NCBI RefSeq assembly: GCF_009914755.1
Contig: NC_060932.1
Length of the DNA stretch: 64,000 bases
Source: the human T2T-CHM13v2.0 reference genome, Homo sapiens
Strand: one strand, 5' to 3'
Positions 57,511-64,000 of this stretch are shown one piece after another (position 1 is the first letter of the stretch; each line of letters begins with the position of its first letter). The notes under the pieces were generated by a model that ran no database searches, had not been told where the DNA came from, and worked only from the letters and a program-made list of their open reading frames with translations. Both the position numbers and the translations under genes were made by a program.

Positions 57511-57940
57511 CACCTGCCACCCTTCAAGTCCTAATTTAACTATCACTGGCCCCATGAATCCTCTCTTGACAATTGGCATCATGCCTGTTACTCTTGCCCC
57601 ATGAAAGGCCACAGCATTCGCCCTGCATACCACATTGTCAAGCCTTAAACACTGACATTGATGACAACACTGGTGAGCACATCACTTCACAGTTAACAAT
57701 GCACTTTCTACCATGACCCCATGACTTCCTATTCAACTCTAACAACCGTTCAGTGAGCCATACAGCTTTTCTGAGGTTCCAAGAAGGAAATTCCCCAATC
57801 TCACACAGAAGGATGGTGAGAGAAGTACTAGATTTAGTGCTAGAAGTAAAAACTTTTAGTCCTAGCTTAGGCGTATTTTGGAATCAGGTGGAATCAAATT
57901 CCCATGTTGGTTTGGCCACTTATTAGCTATGCTAATCTGG

Positions 57941-58190
57941 TGTCTTAGTCCGTTTTGTGAGGCTATAACAGAATGCCACCGACCAGGTAATTTATAAGGT
58001 GCAGAAATGTCTTTCCTTATATTTCTGGAAGCTAGAAAGTGCAAGATTGCAGGACCAGCTTCTTGCAAGGTCCCTTCTTTCTGTGTCATCCCATTGTGGA
58101 AGGCAGAAGGGCAAGAGAGAGAGAAAGGGAACTGAACTCACTTTTATAATGAATCAACTCTCATAATAAAGGCATTAATTCATTCATAAG
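57941..58190 (-). mobile_element. MSTD-like MaLR LTR fragment
   Basis: tgtcttagtccgttttgtg..gctataacagaatgccac..tggaaggcagaagggcaagagag..gcattaattcattcat. Confidence 0.8.
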
Positions 58191-58669
58191 AGAAGTTAGA
58201 CAAGAGATTTCAGCCTTGATTTTTTGAACAAGTGAGCAGAAACAAAAATAGCATGGTACAGAAGGAAATAAAATAAGGTCAAAAAGCACAGATACTAAGG
58301 ACTGTGTGATGGAGCTTCATCTGGTTGCTTATGAAGGACTGAAATTCTAAGATACAAGTGTTTTGCTCAGCTCACCTGAAATGCCATGCAGAAGATAGGA
58401 TCCAAGTCTCAGAATACCCAGGGCAAGTGTCTTTCCAACACACTCTTCATAAATAAACCAAATAAGCAGCTAATGTCCAGAGTATATCTCTTCAGCTTTG
58501 TTCAAGAGGAATGATGTAGCCACTTGTTCAGATTTTGCAGCTGGGACCTCAGAATGAGATGAACGGTAAATGCCATTGCTAAAGCCCCATTCAATGCCCA
58601 GATGCTGTTTCTGTGGAACAATTTATTGTTCTTGTTGTTGCTTCCCTTTCTTTTTCTAAAAGTCGTTTA

Positions 58670-59050
58670 CTCCTTCATTCATTCTGCTATAGATATTTAT
58701 TATTTATTAAGCACCTACTGTGCACCAAGCATGCTGCCTCCATCTGGCTCTTTCCTCTCCCCACTCACAGTGTGGGATGCCACACTGAATGAGAGGAGCT
58801 GCTTCATGAAGCTTTGAGTCTTGTGCAGAAAGAAACTCATCAGGTAACAAATAAACATGTCCTAACAAACAGAAGAGAAACATGAGGGAGGAAGCTCACC
58901 TTCTGGCACGAGGAAGAAACCAGGGGTGATCCACATGGTTAAAGAGGTCAGGAAAGACCCTACTGATCAGGAGACATTGGGCAGACAGACTGCAGGGCCA
59001 GGACAGGAGCTGGGATGAGTGCTTAGGAACCCAGGTAATCCAGAAGCTTC
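58670..59050 (-). mobile_element. L2 3' end
   Basis: ttcattcatt..tttattaagcacctactgtgcacca..ctgcttcatgaagctt. Confidence 0.6.
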
Positions 59051-59589
59051 TGAGTGACAAGAGTTACCAGCCGGAATAACACAGTTTCTTGAATTTTCAA
59101 ACACTAGACTTGTCTGCAATTGAGCAGATGCACACATGCTATTGAGCATCTGGCAGAATGCAGGAGGGCTTTCAGCAAGGCAGGCAGTTAGCATGGCTCT
59201 TTGCCAGGAAAGCCCTGCCTCCTGGTGGATTTTTAGGGAGACCATGCAGGGATGGGCTGGGGAGGAGGGGCATGTCAGAGCCCCCGAGAAAGGAGGGCAT
59301 GGTTGGTACAGAGAATGTCTAGGCAGCTCTGGGCACTCCATTCTCTGGCTTGCACAGGATCTTGTTCCAAACCCTCTCATGGCCCTAATCCTAAGACATT
59401 TTGCAATTTACTTCCACATCTATGTCCTTGGATGGAAGAAGTTTCTCAGAATGTTCTGAGTAGAAACTATCATCCCTGCCACCATTCTCCTCATCTGCAT
59501 CTCAATAAATACATCATCCCAATAAATTCCCATTGCAATAGAAACTATTTTTTTTACATAAACTATCTCCCTTGCTTCTTACAGTAAGG

Positions 59590-59745
59590 CAATGGCACAG
59601 ACAGTGTGCCAATTATTCCCACTTTACAGAGAAGAAATGAAGCTCAGACCTTGCTGTGTGGAGAGTAATGGGAGAGTTGGCATTTGAACTCAGGGCTGAC
59701 TCCAAATCCGATGCTTTAAGCCCTGTGGAAGACCACTTCCTCCTT
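59590..59745 (-). mobile_element. MIR SINE
   Basis: attattcccactttacagagaagaaatgaagctcaga..tttgaactcagggctgactccaaa. Confidence 0.7.
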
Positions 59746-59795
59746 GAAACAATGTGTTTATAGCCACCAGGAACACCATGTCTTGTGATACTTAC

Positions 59796-59957
59796 TAGTA
59801 GTAACATCAGCAGCAGTAGTAGCAATACTACTAGCAGCAGCAATAGTAGTAACCGTATTCACAATAGCAGTTGCAATAGTGGTAGCAGTGGCAGCAGTGG
59901 TAGCAGGAGTAATAGTAGTCGCATCAGCAGTAGTAACAATAGCAGCAGTAGTAGTAA
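59796..59957 (+). repeat. Degenerate (AGY/AAY)n trinucleotide repeat at a MIR tail
   Basis: About 54 in-register triplets (agt/agc/aat/aac/ggt). Confidence 0.85.
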
Positions 59958-60132
59958 CACTTTCTGAGCACTGCCTACGAGTCAGGCGCTGCTTTATGTG
60001 ATTTCTGTGAGTCAGCTCATTTAATTTCAGAACAATACTGAGAGGTAGGTAGTACTGATGTCTCCCTTTTCCCTGCACTGAGAATCACAGAAGGTAAGTA
60101 GCTTGTCTGAAGTCACACAGCTGGTAGGTAGC
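59958..60132 (-). mobile_element. MIR SINE
   Basis: tttctgagcactgcctacgagtcaggc..ctcatttaat..gaggtaggt..ttgtctgaagtcacacagct. Confidence 0.75.
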
Positions 60133-61067
60133 CATGTGGGTTTTCTCCCTTCCCCTGGCCCTTTCCTCTCCCCACTCTACCTCTTTCTAGGTTTTCAAGT
60201 GGAATGTCTTCATGTCATAGATTAGAAGGTGGGTGATCACAAAGGGCAAACATGGCTATGATGAGACTCAGGTAGGCCCCTGTCGAGATTCCAGTTCTAC
60301 TGGTTACTCAACAAAGGACTTTACCTTTCTGTCCTCAGTTTCCCCTTACATAGATTGGGGAAGGGAATAGAGTCCAACTAAGCAGGTTGTGTCAAGAGGA
60401 CAGAGGCATTCAGCATGTAGTTGGCTGGTGCAGGACTGGCCCTGCATGTCTTGCAGCTCATGTGAAGAGGTGTTGGAGAAGTCCAACCCGGGTCCCGTCC
60501 AACATGGCAACAGCCCAGTGCATTGCTGACAACCATGCATTAGCCTCAGTCTGCAGGCATTAGTGGAAGGAGCTCATCTGTCCTGCAGCAGCCCATCCTA
60601 ATGTGAGTCTCCTAGAGGACTCTGAAAGGAAAATAAAATCGCAGGACCCCAAACTGACTATGCCAAAGGGAAAATTTAAACTTGGACACTGACTCATGCC
60701 AAAAAAAAAAAAAAAAAAAAAAGCCTGCTTTTCCTTTTGCTCCTAAACAAATAGCTACAACACAGAAGACCACACATCTCCCTAGGTGGCCTCTCTCACC
60801 CTGACAATGTAAATTAACAGCTTATCTTCACAGGTACAGGACAAAGACAAAACTAGACATCATCCTTCTGCCTACCCAGAGACAAATGCAGATTTACTGA
60901 GCATGAGATGAATGCATAATTGACTATTCTTCTACCCTCTCCTTTCCAATGTGACATACGGATTCAGTGAGCACTTCTCAAGTGCTCACTTATTTCACTA
61001 CGAATCCTCCATTTTTTTCTTTCCCCCTTCCTTCCTGCCTGCTCCTTTTCCTTTAAATATTGAAACC

Positions 61068-61338
61068 AGCAGGTGGGGTGGCTCACACCTGTAATCCCAG
61101 AACTTCAGGAGGTGAAGGTGGGAGGACCGCTCAGGAGTTTGTGACCAGCCTGGGCATAGTGAGACCCCCATCCCTACAAAAAATAAATGATGGTGCATGC
61201 CTGTAGTCCCAGATACTTGAGAGGCTGAGGAAGAAGAATCACTTAAGCCTGAGTAGTCAAGGCTGCAGTGAGCCATGATCATGTCACTGCATTCCAACCT
61301 AAGCAAAAGAGTGAGAACTTGTCTCAAAAAAAAAAAAA
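61068..61338 (+). mobile_element. AluJ-like element (diverged, with small deletions)
   Basis: ggtggctcacacctgtaatcccag..ggctgcagtgagccatgatc..gtctc followed by an A tail. Confidence 0.9.
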
Positions 61339-61625
61339 GTATATATACATATATATATGTGTGTGTGTGTGTGTGTATATATATAGGGGTGTGTGTGTGT
61401 GTATTTCCAAAGAAGGTTTTGAGGGCTTATATATGTGTGTGCACATATATAGGTATAAGCCCTCGAAACATACATATATAAATATATATGTACACATTCA
61501 CATACCCCCATATACACACACATATAAACACACATATTTGTGTATGTGTGTGTGTATGTATGTACATGTGTGGTATGTGTGTGCATGTGTGTGTGTGTGT
61601 GTGTATGGGCTTATATATACATATA
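61339..61625. repeat. Complex TA/TG/CA microsatellite block with an internal inverted repeat
   Basis: Alternating purine-pyrimidine runs; stem arms at 61416-61431 and 61454-61469. Confidence 0.9.
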
Positions 61626-61836
61626 AACCTTGACAACATAAACATCTAAATTGATTGAGACCTGCCTCAGACACTTTTTGTCTCACAACACAAAACAGAC
61701 ACAATCCCTGTCCTACATGTGGCAACGCCCTTGAGCATGCTTTCCTGTCAATGACAGATCTCAGCTGAACTCCCCAGTTCTCTCCAATGCAGTAGCTTGG
61801 CCCACGAACCAAATGTGTACCTTGATCGTTGCTCTA

Positions 61837-61917
61837 CTTTTCTTTTTTTTTAATTTTATTTTTAATGTTTTTAACTTTAATTTTTTTTTTAACTTTTAGG
61901 TTCAGGGGTACATGTGA
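61837..61917 (-). mobile_element. Very short L1P 3' terminus (severely 5'-truncated)
   Basis: T-rich tail plus ttttaggttcaggggtacatgtg. Confidence 0.65.
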
Positions 61918-62249
61918 ATTTTTTTTTTCTCAGGGTGGAGCTCTGCAGGCCTGCCATACAGGGTCCTCTTTCCTGAAGAGAACGCAGCCTTTCTGGCTCT
62001 TCCTTGGCACCTGTGTTCTGGCCACTTTTTCTCCAAATCTTCTGCTTCTTTGTCCTGCATTCCTTCCATGGAGACCCCACCCTGCATCCAGAGGACATTT
62101 CTGGGGCCCCTTGCTTCACCTGGCATGATCCCAGCTCCTCACCATTGTCTAAGCTATGCCCTCTGCTAGTATGCCCTCCCTCCTGCACCTGGGGCCATTC
62201 ACTCCTGCACCGCCCAAGCACCGAGGGACTGCTTGGCAAGGAAACAGGC

Positions 62250-62520
62250 AGGTAACCAGGTCATGCAAGTCTAATTCACACTCTAGGGAGAGAAGTGAAC
62301 AGAGCCTGTCCCGATGATGCCAGCAGAGGAGCTCCTCATGAAACGTGGGAGGAGGAGATGGGGAAGTCCAGGAAGGCTTCCTGGGGGAGGTACCATCTAT
62401 CTGCACTGGAAATGTTGAGAGGGCCTTTGCTTGCTGAAAATGGGGCAGGAGTCTAAGCAGAGGGAACAATGTAAGCAAAGTCATGGACGAGAGAACAGCT
62501 GGTATGTAGGGGAAGCACTC
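62250..62520 (-). mobile_element. L2 relic
   Basis: ccaggaaggcttcctgggggaggtacc..agcagagggaacaatgtaagcaaag. Confidence 0.55.
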
Positions 62521-62734
62521 ACCATCTGCAGCTTGTTGTGTGTGTGGGAGAGAGAGAGCTTGGAGCCATGGGCCAACCTCTGTGCCAGGGGAATAAGCTG
62601 ACTTTACTTTGGAGTCTTGGATGGGTTCTAGAAAAGAACGCGCCACAGTATTTTGGAAGTACTACTACTCATCCTTCAAACCTGCAATTCAATCCCCACT
62701 TCTCTGAAGGGCCACCCGTGCTCCTCTCTCACAA

Positions 62735-62940
62735 GCAGTAGGGGAAATGTGGTCCCAGGAGGCAGACAGCCAAGGCAAAGGCCAGGCAGTGCTATGTCTT
62801 CACTGTGTGACCAGCAAGTTACCCAGCCTCTCTGTGCCTTAATATTCTTATCTATTAATTGGAGGATATTTTAATCCACTTCACAGGGGATTTTTTTTTT
62901 TTTGATAATTAAATGGGATGCGAAGTACATTCAATAAAAA
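62735..62940 (+). mobile_element. MIR SINE
   Basis: ctgtgtgaccagcaagttacccagcctctctgtgcct. Confidence 0.65.
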
Positions 62941-62944
62941 TTGT

Positions 62945-63070
62945 TCTTTTCCCCACTAGAATGGAAGATCCGTGAGGTCAAGAACTGTGTTTTGTGCACT
63001 GCTGCATCCCCGCTTCTTAGAGGAACATGTGCCATATCGATGTTTAATGAATAAACAAAGGAATGCAATA
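62945..63070 (+). mobile_element. L2 3' tail
   Basis: ccccactagaatggaagatccgtgagg..ttttgtgcactgctgcatcccc. Confidence 0.65.
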
Positions 63071-63232
63071 CAAGATGACATAACATGGTATGAAGGGATG
63101 TATTGTTCTTAGTAATCTGTTTATCTCCCCACCTGGCCTCTGCCCTCCAGGATAAAGGTCTTTTTCACTGGCCTCTGAATCCCAGTCCTCACGCTGTGCC
63201 TGGGACCCAGAGGGTCCTCACACAGCCTTTCA

Positions 63233-63264
63233 TGAATGAATGAATGAATGAATGAATGAATGAA
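63233..63264 (+). repeat. (TGAA)8 microsatellite derived from an L2 tail
   Basis: Read directly; preceded by L2-like gtgcctgggacccagagg. Confidence 0.9.
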
Positions 63265-63957
63265 CATGTAGCTGAAAGGAGTCCATAAATCAAGGTGAGT
63301 ATTGGCAGAATGGAGGTGGGATGCTGCAGAGCCTAGGCCTGATGAACTCCTTTGGTGGTCCTGTTTAAGGAGCTTCTCTTGGCATCTCTGAGAGGCTGGT
63401 GAAGGGGAAGTTGCCAACTTCAGTCTGTGGCTCCATAAGCACATGCTGTGGATTGGAGGCTGAGTCCTCTTTTAGACCTTCAGGATGCTCGAACTGTCAT
63501 TTGTGAGATTTGTCCAGCCCTGGTATCACAAATTTACACCTCTCAGCTGCCCTTGACCACCTCCTCTGCAGGAGCTCGAACTTGCCGGAGTCTTATTACT
63601 CTTTTCAGAAGCTCCCTTTCTGCCAGCACTCACAGGTCTATTCTGCATCACTGATGGCTATTGCCTAACAGCTGCAGATGCAGCTTCCCATTCACATTCA
63701 CCAAAAGCTGTGCTCCTCCAGCCTGTGAAAGCAAAGCTGGGCCGTCTTAGAAGGCAGGAGCCAGTGTGGAATAGCGCAGGGGCAGGTGGGAGGTGAGACC
63801 CTGGAAACAGAATTCTAAGGCCCAATTGTGCAAGACCAGAGCGGTGAAGAGAACACTCAAGCAGGTCATAGGAAGCAGATTGATGCCTCTCTGCACTGAT
63901 CCTTTCTGAAGAAAGAATGGGAAGATCATTATAGCTCTCTTGGGGCTTTTTATTCCC

Positions 63958-64000
63958 TGTATGTATGTATGTATGTATGTATGTATGTATGTATGTATGT
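63958..64000 (+). repeat. (ATGT)n microsatellite running off the window end
   Basis: At least 10 perfect units. Confidence 0.95.

Larger units (their letters stand above)
60621..61687 (+). mobile_element. MER4-family (MER4B/D-like) ERV1 solo LTR interrupted by an Alu and a microsatellite block
   Basis: tgaaaggaaaataaaatcgcaggaccccaaact..gccaaagggaaa ... aaccttgacaacataaac..ttgattgagacctg..cttttgtctcaca. Confidence 0.85.

Noticed and set aside
59613-60078. Poly-Ser and Thr/Ala ORFs
   Set aside because: By-products of a degenerate triplet repeat next to a MIR.
61268-61812. Cys/Val/Tyr- and His/Thr-rich ORFs (also at 20715-20988)
   Set aside because: Translations of TG/CA/TA dinucleotide repeats.

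Overview
This is primate, probably human, genomic DNA. It is non-coding and repeat-dominated, like a long intron or intergenic interval; I could not identify the locus from the sequence. No intact protein-coding gene, RNA gene, CpG island or prokaryote-type system is visible. The long ORFs come from decayed LINE-1 ORF2 or ERVL pol, antisense Alu, or simple repeats. The main elements are: a 5'-inverted (twin-primed) L1PA with a mutated RT active site (15293-19518); a poly(A)-less internal L1PA fragment nested in an old L1MB (27139-28715); a degraded ERVL provirus with an LTR16-type LTR and pol remnants (11905-~15250); 11 Alu or Alu-monomer copies; several MaLR/ERV LTRs; hAT MER elements; many MIR/L2 relics; and long microsatellites. 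The best leads are candidate small exons, four on the - strand and a microexon-like one on the + strand, and a fold-back/template-switch scar inside a MER4 LTR. I did not find a convincing new biological system. Repeat families were recognised by eye against remembered consensus sequences, so subfamily names and the edges of old elements are approximate.
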